64,000 bases of DNA from Spizellomyces punctatus DAOM BR117. Its lineage: Eukaryota. Below, in pieces: positions 25,844-37,504 of the stretch. Position 1 is the stretch's first letter; each line of letters opens with the position of its first letter. The notes below the pieces were generated by a model. The model had not been told where the DNA came from. It worked only from the letters and a program-made list of their open reading frames with translations, and did not search any database. The stretch lies in the NCBI GenBank assembly GCA_000182565.2, contig KQ257454.1, one strand, 5' to 3'. The position numbers and the translations under genes are program-made.

Positions 25844-27260
25844 CTACTTGAACAATTTCTTGATACTCATGTTTTGCTCCGAGTCCTTCTTTAGTACCTG
25901 TGGATTACGACTGAAGTTAGTAACGAGTATAAAAAGAATTGCCAAATATCAAAACAAACCTTTGCAACAGCCATCTCAAAGTCTTCCTGTGTAACATGCA
26001 CACGCCGTTCCCTAAGAGCGTACATACCCGCCTCTGTACAGATACCCTTCACCTCAGCCCCACTTGCACCAGATGTCTTCTCCGCAATCTTCCTCAAATC
26101 AATTCCCCGCGTCATGTTCATCTTCCGACTATGAATCTTCAAAATGTCCGTTCGCGCCTCTTCGTTTGGTGGAGGGAACTCGATTTTTCTGTCGATTCGA
26201 CCGGGTCGAAGAAGGGCTGGGTCCAAGATATCGATACGGTTGGTGGCCATGATAACTTTGATGTTTTGAGTCGCTTCGAAACCGTCCAGCTGGTTCAGAA
26301 GCTCCAACATTGTACGTTGGACTTCAGAGTCTCCACCACCTGATCCAGACTCAATACGACTTGATCCAATAGAGTCAATTTCGTCCATAAAGATGATCGA
26401 TGGGGCGTGCTCACGCGCCATGACAAAGAGCTCTCGCACCATTCGACTGCCCTCCCCAATGTACTTTTGCACCAGCTCCGATCCACTTACACGAATGAAT
26501 CGACAATCTGTGTGATGTGCTACAGCCCTTGCCAATAGCGTTTTTCCCGTTCCTGGGGGACCGTACAGCAGGACACCTTTTGGCTGAGCGATACCCAACG
26601 AGTCAAACAATTCGGGATGCTTGACGGGCAGCTCAATGACCTCCTTAATCTCCTTAATCTGATTCGTCAAACCACCAATCATCTCATACGTCGAATCCGG
26701 CACCTTCTCGACCATCATCAAGCTAACCAGTGGATCCACCTTGTTTGGCAAAATTTTGTGAAGCTGATAACTGTCATGGCGAAGGGCAACGCGAACGGTG
26801 GGAGTTAATTGAGCAATATCAATCGAGGGATGGATGTCCACAACGTATTTTCCTTCCGGGTGGACCTTGACGAGAACCTTTTTCTTTCCCATCAATTTCA
26901 CGACTTCACCAACATAGGAGCCTGGTTCCTGTAGAAGCTGGAGCTCCTCACGTAGTAGACGGACTTTCGCATTCAGTTGATTACGTTGTGCCTCAAGACG
27001 CCGAAGGTTTTGCGTCATGGCAGAGGCTCGGGTCTCTAGCTCCTGTGCGGGGGAAAAGAACGCGTCATAGAATCATTAGAGAACGGTCGCGCACACTACT
27101 AAATGCAGGACGTAAATGCTCTCCGATGTTGCCATACACCACTTAATTTGAGGTCCCCTAGATGCAAAGTTCTCCTACTCTAGTGAGCACAAGCGGCCTT
27201 CGCACTCACCTCGATCTTATTCTTGTAATAAGCCTTGATGCCTTCTGATGACTTCCCCAT
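25844..27260 (-). CDS. RPT6: 26S proteasome AAA ATPase Rpt6
   Basis: [89 protein letters not shown]. Confidence 0.97.
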
Positions 27261-27689
27261 GGCGAATACTTGTTGTATAAAGACAAGGGTTTTACGTGCA
27301 ATACAAAGGATTGGAATAATTCAGAAAGAAAGACAATTGCCGTGTAACGCGCAAAGGTGCAGTTGAGGAAATGTTCAACAGTCGAGGGATGGCAAAAAGG
27401 ATCAAAAAGGTCGCAAGCTGCGAGAGAGTTGAACCCCCTCCAAGCCACCGCCATAGCTGAGCCAGATTGTGGCGTTAGACGCGTCAGCAAACTTCAAGTT
27501 GAAGATTTCAAAACCAAGATGAACGATGAAAAATAACATTGGTGATATGTAAAAGATGTCCGACCGCCCTTGACAAATACCGACTAGTGTATCATAAAAA
27601 TGCATCAGCAGGAGCTCCTACACTAGCTACAGCTAACTACATACAACATCAGCCCTATGTACAGTTATATCCAGACAGGATCACATTGA

Positions 27690-30533
27690 TCATTCTCTTG
27701 GCCGAGGTGAGCTCTCCCCAGCTAACCATTTCAAAACTGGTTCTCCATCACTCTCAACAGTCTCAGTACTCTCGTATGTTCTTCTGAAAGCTTTCTTGTA
27801 AGCATCCACAACTTTGTCTGCAACCTCCTTACTATCGCCTGGCTCTGTCTTCATAGTGTCGTACATTGATCGCTCAGAAGATGCAACTGTTGCAAAAGAG
27901 TCACGGAAGATATCATACGACGCAGTCGTGTATTGGCTCTCCGAGCTCAGCGAAAACACACGGGACGAATGTACGAGGCGCGCAGCTAATGGGGGCGCGG
28001 CAAAAGAGTCATTTCGAGAACCCTGTCCCCCGGACTCTTCACATGCGGCTTTTGACGCAGCTGCCGCTACCATCGCAGCGGCCGCATCTACACCACCGGG
28101 AGACGGCGGTAGAGGATCCTCATTGATGAATCGCATAAGGGAGGAATCTGGGTTCACAGTGTTGATGGGAGAGGTAGATGCGACTGATGTGTTCCGGGGA
28201 GAGCGTGAGTCGCGGCGGGCGGATGGCGGGAAGAGGTCTTCAGTCAACTCCGTTGTGTCCGTGAGGAAAGAGTAACGCAGTGGTGATGTCGGGACAATCT
28301 GCAGCGGTATCGTGGGTGGGTCGAACTGAGCAGCGGCTGACGCCGGCGCCATACTCGCAGATTCCGTAACGGTCTCGGGCCTTTTGACGGCCGAATACAG
28401 TGAACTACGTCGTTGAAGAGAACCCTCCAAAGATGGAGAACCGAGATAGGGCATAGTTTCAAATCCCTGTTCAATTGCCACAATCTGAGGGGACGCCGTT
28501 CCTCCGGATGTTGGTATATCACGTGGCAACGTGCCGCGTAAACTACTCGACTTCCACGATGCATCCAGACTTGTGCGTACCTGCTCAAAGTTTATGGCAG
28601 CAAATACTCCAGGGCTAGGGCTAGGTACCACCTCCGGACTTTGGTCCCAAGTTCTGATGGCGGTAAGGCCTCCAGGCCCAGAACCAGATAACACATCCGG
28701 ACTCTTGCCCCAATTTCTGATGGCAGCAAATACTCCAGGCCCAGAACCAGGTAACACATGAGGACCTGAGCCCCAATGTCTGGCCGATGGGTCCAAGCCG
28801 CGCGTGTTGAGGTTCAATTTCTCGCGCTCTGCATGTCTCATCCGATACCCTAGCGCCAGACCCCCTATAACCACGAAAGATACACCGACCGACATTCCGA
28901 CGACCATTCCAGTATTTGATTTGTCACCATTCCTTAGTTGCTCAGCATTGGATGAAGAGGGGGGAGGCTTGCTCGAGTCCCCATTGGTTCCTGGAGCGGC
29001 AGGCTGAATAACGGGAACAGAGCCAGATACGGGTGATGAAGGGAGCGGGGGTACTTGCGGCCTTGGTGCGAGCGGCTCCGACGGTGCTGGCGGAGGTTGC
29101 GGTGGAGAGCCTGCTTTGGCGGTCGGCGGGGCTTCAACGCGATTAAGGACACCGACCCGTTTCTTTGCTGGAGGTTGGGGTGGAACGGCTCTAGTAGGGT
29201 CGGGAGCCGGATTTTGCTTGGGCGATGGAGGCGCTGGCACTGGTTCTGGCACCGGCACAGGGGGATCCGTGGGTGGCAAGTCCGTCGGAGTTGGTCGCTG
29301 GCGGTCGGTTGGCACTGGGGTAGGTGGTACTGATGGTGTGGAAGAAGGAGAATCCGGTGGCGACTCGCTCTGCTCGCTTGGCTTCTTTTGAGATGGGATT
29401 GGCTGCTCAATTGTACCAGATGGGGACGTTTTCGGGGCTTCCGGCGGCACCGGTACTGTGGTTGGCTCCGGGGTTTGGGAGGGTGACGACGGCGTCACTG
29501 GGGTAGGAGCGGGGACTGAAGGAGTCTGAGAAGGAGTAGCAGTGCTCTGGGACGGCGTCGGAGTAGGTTCCTTGTTTTTTCCCACGGTATTTGTATTCTT
29601 GGGTTGTGCTGTTTTCTTTTTATTTTCAGTCGCCGCCGTTGGAGCCGCTGGAGTCGCTGTTGGAGTCTTCGCGGCACCATCAGAAGGCGTGGCGGTCGCT
29701 TTCTGCTTGTTTGGAGGCGCCGCCGGAGTCTTCGCGGCACCATCAGAAGGCGTGGCGGTCGCTTTCTGCTTGTTTGGAGGCGCCGCTGGAGTCGCTACCG
29801 GAGCCTTCGCGGCAGCATCCGAAGGCGTGGCAGTCGCTTTCTGCTTGTTTGCAGGCGCCGCCGGAGTCTTCGCGGCACCATCAGAAGGCGTGGCGGTCGC
29901 TTTCTGCTTGTTTGGAGGCGCCGCTGGAGTCGCTACCGGAGCCTTCGCGGCAGCATCCGAAGGCGCGGCAGTCGCTTTCTGCTTGTTTGCAGGCGCCGCC
30001 GGAGTCTTCGCGGCACCATCAGAAGGCGGGGCGGCCACTCTCTGTTTGTTTGTCGTCCCGACCACATTTGGAGCGGACTTCTTTTTGTTTGGAGGCGCCT
30101 CCGGAGTCGCTGCCGTTGGAGCTTTTGCCACTTGGGTTCCCTTCGGGGCCGCAGCTTTCGGCGCTGGTTCAGTAGCTTTTTTCGCAGGTCGGTCTGCCTT
30201 GGACGGTGCAGCATCTTTCTTCGCAGGTGGGGCTGCCTTGGACGGTGCAGCATCCTTCTTCGCAGGTGGGGCTGCCTTGGACGGTGCAGCATCTTTCTTC
30301 GCAGGTGGGGCTGCCTTGGACGGTGCAGCATCCTTCTTCGCAGGTGGGGCTGCCTTGGACGGTGCAGCATCCTTCTTCGCGGGTGGGGCTGCCTTGGACG
30401 GTGCGGCAGGGTTCTTCTGTGGAGCTGGCGCTGCTGCAATGGCTTCACAGAACAGGAGGAGGGCGAACGTGCACCACAAAAGGCCCACAAGCAGGGTCAC
30501 TTTTCTCCCTCGCCTTGCTCCCCGCCACCGCAT
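27690..30533 (-). CDS. Intronless 947-aa single-pass surface protein with Ala/Pro/Lys/Thr tandem repeats
   Basis: Signal peptide (LLVGLLWCTFALLLFCEAIAA), repeat- and Pro-rich ectodomain, TM MVVGMSVGVSFVVIGGLALGY, Ser-rich cytoplasmic tail. Confidence 0.85.
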   Translation of the reverse strand: MRWRGARRGRKVTLLVGLLWCTFALLLFCEAIAAAPAPQKNPAAPSKAAPPAKKDAAPSKAAPPAKKDAAPSKAAPPAKKDAAPSKAAPPAKKDAAPSKAAPPAKKDAAPSKADRPAKKATEPAPKAAAPKGTQVAKAPTAATPEAPPNKKKSAPNVVGTTNKQRVAAPPSDGAAKTPAAPANKQKATAAPSDAAAKAPVATPAAPPNKQKATATPSDGAAKTPAAPANKQKATATPSDAAAKAPVATPAAPPNKQKATATPSDGAAKTPAAPPNKQKATATPSDGAAKTPTATPAAPTAATENKKKTAQPKNTNTVGKNKEPTPTPSQSTATPSQTPSVPAPTPVTPSSPSQTPEPTTVPVPPEAPKTSPSGTIEQPIPSQKKPSEQSESPPDSPSSTPSVPPTPVPTDRQRPTPTDLPPTDPPVPVPEPVPAPPSPKQNPAPDPTRAVPPQPPAKKRVGVLNRVEAPPTAKAGSPPQPPPAPSEPLAPRPQVPPLPSSPVSGSVPVIQPAAPGTNGDSSKPPPSSSNAEQLRNGDKSNTGMVVGMSVGVSFVVIGGLALGYRMRHAEREKLNLNTRGLDPSARHWGSGPHVLPGSGPGVFAAIRNWGKSPDVLSGSGPGGLTAIRTWDQSPEVVPSPSPGVFAAINFEQVRTSLDASWKSSSLRGTLPRDIPTSGGTASPQIVAIEQGFETMPYLGSPSLEGSLQRRSSLYSAVKRPETVTESASMAPASAAAQFDPPTIPLQIVPTSPLRYSFLTDTTELTEDLFPPSARRDSRSPRNTSVASTSPINTVNPDSSLMRFINEDPLPPSPGGVDAAAAMVAAAASKAACEESGGQGSRNDSFAAPPLAARLVHSSRVFSLSSESQYTTASYDIFRDSFATVASSERSMYDTMKTEPGDSKEVADKVVDAYKKAFRRTYESTETVESDGEPVLKWLAGESSPRPRE
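28590..28760 (-). repeat. Degenerate 63-bp (21-aa) repeat x~3 in the cytoplasmic tail
   Basis: VLPGSGPGVFAAIRNWGKSPD / VLSGSGPGGLTAIRTWDQSPE / VVPSPSPGVFAAIN. Confidence 0.75.
29650..30050 (-). repeat. Tandem array of 63- and 75-bp units (NKQKATATPSD...)
   Basis: ctttctgcttgttt recurs at spacings of 63 and 75 bp, partly alternating. Confidence 0.9.
30190..30410 (-). repeat. 39-bp tandem repeat (AAPSKAAPPAKKD) x~5.5
   Basis: Near-identical gccttggacggtgcagcatc(c/t)ttcttcgcaggtggggct units. Confidence 0.95.
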
Positions 30534-30718
30534 TGGGGAACCAAATAAAAAGATTTAAATGCGAATATTATACGTCTCGTCCTCGATGCAAATCGCAGTG
30601 TCGCAGTAAAAATGAAATGGGCATGGAGGTAAAATCAAGAACGGTAGGAATCCAGATGAGGAATGAAAAACAGCCCCAGTCTCCCACCTGGCTCCCCACC
30701 CACGGCGAGTTCCCCAAA

Positions 30719-30743
30719 CCCCCCCCCCCCCCCCCCCCCCCCC
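30719..30743. repeat. C25/G25 homopolymer
   Basis: Uninterrupted C run ~190 bp upstream of the repeat-protein ATG. Confidence 0.9.
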
Positions 30744-31545
30744 ACCTCGGCGCCCAAAACTTGAGAAAGTTGGCCGCTTTTGCATGCTGGCAATGGCGAG
30801 AAATTCGCTTCTCATGTTTCATAGTGCATGGCACAGTCACGAAAATAGGGTGTGGTATGGTGGCATAGTCACATTTGGCGGCTTTTTGGGGACATTAGAG
30901 TTTCTGATTGGTTTCAACTGCTTTTTGCGTTTTTGGGAATCTCATCTTGTTAACAAATTCCTTTGAGTGCCCGACTCGTTTTGAGTAGGCTTCCTCCTTG
31001 GGGATTCCCTACAAGAGGTGGACATGGTAGGTGCCAATACGGTCTGGATGCCAACTCGCTCCGTAGGCATTGTAAAGTAGGAGGACCTGGCTATATGCGT
31101 CCAGTCGCATGCTACGAGGTTGGAGTTCGAGTAGAAAACAAATGCATTTCACATTCAGAATGGAGGCTGTTTGAAATCTGCTATGGAACTCATATTGGTC
31201 AAAAGGGAAGAGTAGGCAGGCCACCTAACAACTATCGTGGCGTCCGTGGTGGATACTGCAGCCGAATCTAGAAGAGCGGGGTTGCGATCGGCACAGTGTT
31301 CTAAAAGTATAAAGTTGAAAATGTCCACATGCAGGAGGAAAGGGGCGCTTGTCATAGGTGTCCTCGCTCGGGGTTCTGAGTGGAGAAGGGGATTTGAACG
31401 TGACTCCAAATTGCGTTCAATTTGGGTACGTAAAGAGAAACTCGATTGAAAACTGTCAAAAGATACAGCTATTTGGTCCTGTTGTTCAGGATGTTGTCGT
31501 ATCGCTCTCCAATATTTGATGCAGCTTGTAGTTAATACAGAACAA

Positions 31546-32425
31546 ATGACTCACCCACTGCTCCTTCGCTCGTTCAATCTTTTGGTCTACGTCTTTTTTG
31601 TCTCGTCCTCGCTCTACAATGTCATTGGACCGGACCCAAGTTATGGATACGGAAAATATCCAACTTATCTCACCCCCGCACCATGGGCGTTTGCAATATG
31701 GGCTGTGATTTACTTGTTATTTGGAGGGTTTGTGATTTGGCAATGGTTCCCCGAAACGGACGATGTAGTCATTGATGCATACGGGAGCTGGTTTATCATT
31801 GCCAGTCTGTGCGGGGCTGTCTGGCATCATTTTTGGGTACGTTTTCCCTGACAGGCGCTTGTCTGAACTCGAACCGATTGCTTAATGATGGTCTATCGTG
31901 CAGGAATCTGGTCATTTGGTGCTGGCACTGATTGTGCTCCTGTTCGCTTCGGCAGCCGTCACTATAATCTATACCAATCTCCATCGCTTGCAAGGCCCTC
32001 GTACGTGGACAGAATACCTCTTTGCATATGCTCCAATCTCCCTTTATCATGGTTGGTTAGTCTTTGTCATATGGATCAACATCTTCGCCATTATTGCCCG
32101 GGCGGCGGAACCTCGCCATCCGTCCATCTTGCAAAAAATTCTCGTCTTCTTCGCCCTCTTTCAGATGACGACGACAGCTGTAGCCTACACCGAAACAAAA
32201 AAGGAACGTGGTGACCTTCCGGGTGCCTTCACCATTGCTTGGGCACTCTTTGCCGTTTCAGCTGGACAGAAATCGAAATTCGTCAAATATTCAGCGTTGG
32301 TGATGGGAGTTGTAGTTGCTGTACATGCCTTTAGGCCGCTGGTCAGGCGGAGGAGGGATAGCGAACGTTCCCAGAGGGAATCACTTCTGGGAGAGGGAGA
32401 GGAAAGTCGGGAGGAGCAGGTCTGA
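31546..32425 (+). CDS. Multi-pass membrane protein, TspO/MBR-related fungal family
   Basis: YPTYLTPAPWAFAIWAVIYLL..PISLYHGW; ~7 hydrophobic segments; one intron. Confidence 0.7.
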
Positions 32426-33361
32426 CTGACAGCTGTTCGTTGTCTCTAATTTGGTCCATATGCGCACCCTTTTCCTTTGAACGTGAAGGATTGTTTTCAA
32501 TCGAGCATACCCTTAGTGTATTGGCAATAACACACAATACACCAGTGTGGATTGACCCACTGAGCCTGGCGACAACCAGGCCAGAAAAGCTAACTAGCTA
32601 ACTATACAAATAGTGCACTACTACTAGGAATAATGACACATGCGATACATAACGGTTGGTCAACTGGGTAACTAAGCCCACTACCACGAGAGAAATCCTA
32701 CTAGACCTTTTTGATTCCCAAGCTCTTTAGTCGGAGGATGTTCAGATATTAAGGTAAATCAGAATTAGACTGGATAATATGCGTAGAAAAACCATCAACA
32801 TATATCTGTGATCGTAGCAAAATAGTAGTATTAGCATTTGCAACTGGTGCCGCTATCTTATATCAAGATGAATTGTGGTTTGGCAAGGTTCATCCAACGT
32901 CAACACAGCAGTATTAGTCTCTCATTGCTCTTTGCACTAGGTAGTAATCGAAGCACATCAGCAATACTGTGCTTTTGTCTAAACAGTACCATCCGTCACA
33001 TCAAGTCTCCCAAATGATATTTCAGAAAAGGAGTGTCATTGAAACTCTGTAGCCACTACTGGACCCCCTCTTTCACCAATCCCTACGACCACTCAAGACA
33101 AAGCCGATCTTTGAAAGATATCAACAATTTTGAGCAGAATAATGATGATTTCGCATACCAAGCAGCGACAGTCTTGGGGGTTCGCGACACTGTCCGCGTT
33201 AACTACGTAATCGACTTCCATCATGCATTTTTGGCATTGCCACGTTTGCCCTGTTCAACATCAAGACGAGATTGCAATCGCATAATCCACATTCCGTTCA
33301 CTGAATACGTTTTGCTGTTTAGTTTGATGCAATCAGCCTCACATTGAGCTACTTGTAGACA

Positions 33362-34735
33362 ATGAGCTGGAAAGGCTTCCAAAAGGCGGTCACTCGTCTG
33401 CCCACCCGGCTGGCACAACGCACAGGTTACGCCAGCGAGACTGTCGACCAAGAATACCACGAACTGGAACAGCAGTTTAAGCATTTGGAAATTCTGGCAG
33501 TAAGACTATCGGATGAGGCAAAAAAGTTCAAAGATTCGCTGTCAGCCATGTTGGCTCACCAGGCGAAATTCGCTGAGACGCTAATGGAGGTTTACCAACC
33601 TGTCACTGCAACTTCACCAAGTCGCCCGACCATTGAAGGCGCAGCGACTGAAGACTATCAACCGCCTTCTCCTGCAAAGGGGGTGAGTGCATGTGTTGAC
33701 AAGAGCCGACGGTTAAAGACGACGAGTTACTAACTCCGTCTGGTGCAACAGCAGGTAACCAATCCTCAACATGCCAAAGCTCTGGCCGCCGCCGAGGCAT
33801 TCGCATCGGCAATGCGAACTGCTCGTGAACAACTTCTTCCAGACCTAGAAGTAATTGAACGCCAAGTTGTCGCTCCAACTAATGACTACATTACAATGAT
33901 CAATAATGTCAAGCGACTCATGGAGAAGCGTGCTCGGAAGCTTGTGGACTATGACCGGCATCAAGACTCTGTAAAGAAACTCGCTGCAAAACAAGACCGA
34001 AATGTCTCAGATGAGAAGAAGCTTGGAAGTTTGGAAACGTCTCTAGACCAGTCTACGCGCGAATTCAACAATGTCAACAATCTCCTGAAGCAACAGCTGC
34101 CGGTCTTTCTGGGATATCGTGTCGCCTTCATTGACCCATGCTTCCAATCATTATATTGGTACGAACTCAAGGTTGTGCAGACACTGTATGATTGCTTCCA
34201 GCAGCTCTGCAGCCAGCACTTCAACATGTCCATCTCCGCACAAGACGGATTTGCGGCGCAGTACGATCGCATGATGGAAATGCTATCGCAGCTATCTTTG
34301 TTGAAACGACCATTGAGGAAGGGGGATGGCGGCGATACAGATACCGGATACGGGGGGTCACCAGAGAATTCACCTGTTGGGCATGATATCGGTGGGGCAT
34401 CGGATGCAGGTGCGACCGAAGCATTGCCGCCCTACGAAGAGACCGCAGCCCGTCCTTTTCCTTCTGTCTCGAAACCTGCCCCTGTTGCGGCGGCAGTTAC
34501 CGCGTATCCTAATCCATTCGCCGCTCCTGCACCCTCAGCAGCAGGAGGTAGTGCACGCCCGATCTACGTTCTGGCACTGTATGATTTTGAAGGGGTAGAA
34601 GAAGGAGACCTCTCCTTTAAGAAAGACGACAAGATTGAAGTTATCCAGCGAACTGGGGATGCGAATGACTGGTGGACGGGCAAACTTAGGGGAAAAGTTG
34701 GCCAATTCCCTGGAAATTACGTCAGTGACCTTTGA
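33362..34735 (+). CDS. RVS167: BAR-SH3 amphiphysin Rvs167
   Basis: MSWKGFQKAVTRLP, KRARKLVDYDR, SH3 VLALYDF..GDLSF..DWWTG..GQFPGNYV. Confidence 0.93.
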
Positions 34736-34869
34736 GCTCATGGTACATGCCCATCTCGCCATCTTGGCATTTGAATCGTAAGGTCTGGGCTCAATTAATC
34801 CATTCATATGTCCCAAACTCCAAAATACATGTATAATCCAAAATGTACAAATTATTGCTGGCTGTTACA

Positions 34870-36108
34870 TCACCCCCATTGCTGTTTTGGTCTTTCACGA
34901 GAAAAGCGCCAAGCATTGTCGCCCTCACCAGACCCTGACCCTCGTGCATTCTTCCAGCGTCCAGCGCCATTTCGTTCTGATCTTAGTCGTGCCAACTTGC
35001 GTTCCAGCGCATGCAACTGACTTTCCCAGAGCGGTTGGTAGAATTTGAGCGCATAGTCACCCCATTTCTCTACAATGCTTGCTTCTGTTCCTTCCAACAC
35101 TAGTAGACCCTGTACACCTTTTTCTTCATCTGCTGCCTGGATCCGCTCCAACGCTCTGGATAACCGTCCAAGAACATTCATTCGAAGAGATTTTTCCCGG
35201 TTGTAGCCTAGCGCGACAAGGTAATATGAGCTTCGAATAGTATGTACACCTTTGGGTTTCACTGGCACGAGCTCCGTGAAAAAGTCATTGAGGAAGCATA
35301 GGATCTCAAGGTTTTGCAGCTGGGGCTTCATGTTTGAGACAATGATCAAAGTACCATTTTCTCCAAGATTTGTGAGAGCAGCTAGTAGTTGGGAGAATGA
35401 AAGGAGTTGCCTCGAACGAACTTGTAGTGGGGGTGGTCCTAATCGTGATGGGTCGGCTGTGGAGTGATCCCTGTAGATTGAGCCTGCAATGACTAGGTCA
35501 CATCCCACATCCGGTGGATCGGTATGACAAGGCGAGACAAAACGGATGGATTCAGGCTTCTCCGTTACGTCTCTATATAGTGAGGTGTACCGGTCCATTT
35601 CCCCCAGCACACCTTCCATAACCATTGGCAATCCTCCCATTTCAAGCGGTAAAGTCACGCCCATCCCAACAGCGTCGTCATTATTTTCTAGGATCCAGCG
35701 CGAGAATCCACCGGGAGCAGACCCAAGGTCAAGGAAATGTTTCACACATCCTCTCAGCTTTCCTCCAGTCTGCTTATCAACTTCGTCCATAGCTCCCCGA
35801 AACTGGTTGGCAAAGTGGGACGACGACACAGCAGGCCCGGACTCTTTCGGTGTTGTCGCTGCCGTCACGTTAGCCGAGTGCGCCCGATTCGATACAAACA
35901 TTCTTTCCACATTGGGATCATTCTCGAACTCGTCTTTGAGGTTGTGAAGGGAGCGCAAGAGCAGGGAGGAATTGTAAAGGTGAAGGTGAAAGAAGTCCAG
36001 ATCCGCTGGAATGACTTTGTTGAGTTGTGGTGGCTCAACGGACGGTGCAACATGTGGGATCGCTACAGCGGCAGCATTCCGCCGATGTGGTGGAACGTAG
36101 CGAGCCAT
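34870..36108 (-). CDS. FtsJ/RrmJ-like SAM-dependent methyltransferase-domain protein (intronless)
   Basis: FLDLGSAPGGFS SAM motif; VKP..HTIRSSYYLVA. Confidence 0.8.
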   Translation of the reverse strand: MARYVPPHRRNAAAVAIPHVAPSVEPPQLNKVIPADLDFFHLHLYNSSLLLRSLHNLKDEFENDPNVERMFVSNRAHSANVTAATTPKESGPAVSSSHFANQFRGAMDEVDKQTGGKLRGCVKHFLDLGSAPGGFSRWILENNDDAVGMGVTLPLEMGGLPMVMEGVLGEMDRYTSLYRDVTEKPESIRFVSPCHTDPPDVGCDLVIAGSIYRDHSTADPSRLGPPPLQVRSRQLLSFSQLLAALTNLGENGTLIIVSNMKPQLQNLEILCFLNDFFTELVPVKPKGVHTIRSSYYLVALGYNREKSLRMNVLGRLSRALERIQAADEEKGVQGLLVLEGTEASIVEKWGDYALKFYQPLWESQLHALERKLARLRSERNGAGRWKNARGSGSGEGDNAWRFSRERPKQQWG

Positions 36109-36242
36109 TCTATGTAGCAAAGGATTCGTCGTCCAAGGCAAGAAGGACTCTTGGTTGCATGCTCGTTAGGAACTTGTTGCCATGTCAATGTGGCACAGCA
36201 CAAGTCCAACTCTGACTGCTTGTTCGTTGACCTCCCATACCA

Positions 36243-37504
36243 ATGAACTACCGACGAGGTAAACAAAAAAGTTGGACTCAAAGCGATGAAGACTCAATAC
36301 GCCGCCCTGCTCTTCCCCTTGAGGGCTATGATGAAGACGAACCGCTGCTAGCTCCAGGGGCTCCCCCTGCCTCGGGGCTGCAGTACTTGCGAATGGTGAG
36401 GTGAGATCAGCTGTTGGGCTTTGAGCTTGTAGTAGACCGGCTCTCATTCCCTTGTACAAATCTTTGCGTTCAGAGCAGAGGCTAACGCCTGTCAGCAAGT
36501 AGTGACCGTGAGCCTTCCCGCCGAGAAACTTCATTCACCTATACCCCCCAATGTATTCGATGTACGAAAAGAGTACTTTGGCACCAAGGCATCCGGCGAT
36601 GAGTCATATATACCCGAAAACCTGCGACCTTCAGCAGATTGGCTGAATAACTTTCTAGAGCGGTTTAATGCGCTGCACGACGAGGTGGCCAAGCGCCGGC
36701 AAATCGTTCGTAAATCTGTTTCTTCAAGATTTTTCCGGCCAAACCTCTACAACGAAAGAGGGTGGAAAAGGTTTTGCTATGGTGATCCGATAGAGAATGC
36801 TCCTCAAGAACCCAGTGCCAACATGGAGTTACCTCCCAACGCACCGGTGCATGAGCCGAGCGTGTCTGAGGATGTACCGGAGAGTGTGCCTGAACTCACG
36901 CCAGAGAATGTAGTTGAAATTCAAGAGCACGAAGATGCCAAAGATCCAAGTGATTCTGACATTCTCAAAAAGCGGAAACGAGAGCTTGATGAGGAAGAAG
37001 GCGATACGTCTCAGAAGTCAAAACGTCTCCAAACTCAAAGTGCTGAACCAACTCATGACGAACAAGCCAAGAAACTACCTCCCAGTGGAAAACAAGCCAG
37101 CGAAACAGATATAGTGATAGGTGGAAAAGAGCCACTCTTAAACCTAATATGTAACTTGGAGCAAGGGGAGGTCCTCAAAGTTCTCAAGTATCACACCAAC
37201 TGGCTGTCCGATGATGACATTTCCGAAGAGCAGGTTCGCCGCACATATACTCGTACAACTAAATCCGTACTTCAGCTTACGGTGCTTCTTGTGGATCTAG
37301 TGCCAATGGATCTTTGCCCTTCTGCTCCGTCTCGACACGCTCCTTCACGGAGACGAAGTCTCTATAATTCGCGATTTATGCCGTAAATGTCGCGGAATAC
37401 GGAGCCATATGATTGATCTGGATGCAGGTGATCCCCGAGCTGCAACTCTGAATATGATTGTGGCGATTGTGTCCCATATTTTCGGGCAGCGCGATCTTGG
37501 GTAA
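36243..37504 (+). CDS. GEMIN2: Gemin2/SIP1 (SMN complex; Brr1/Yip11-like)
   Basis: PPASGLQYLRMV|RAEANAC.. and C-terminal CQWIFALLLRLD..IIRDLCRKC..LNMIVAIVSHIFGQRDL; 2 introns. Confidence 0.85.

Noticed and set aside
29650..30410. Regularly spaced repeats suggesting CRISPR
   Set aside because: No unique spacers; unit lengths are multiples of 3 inside an ORF; eukaryotic context with no cas genes
29542..30868. Long alternative-frame and antisense ORFs (338, 314, 220, 194, 185 aa)
   Set aside because: Shadows of the GC-rich tandem repeats in the 947-aa gene
30960..31500. Short ORFs in the intergenic interval (also 32430-33350)
   Set aside because: No coherent exon chain or motif
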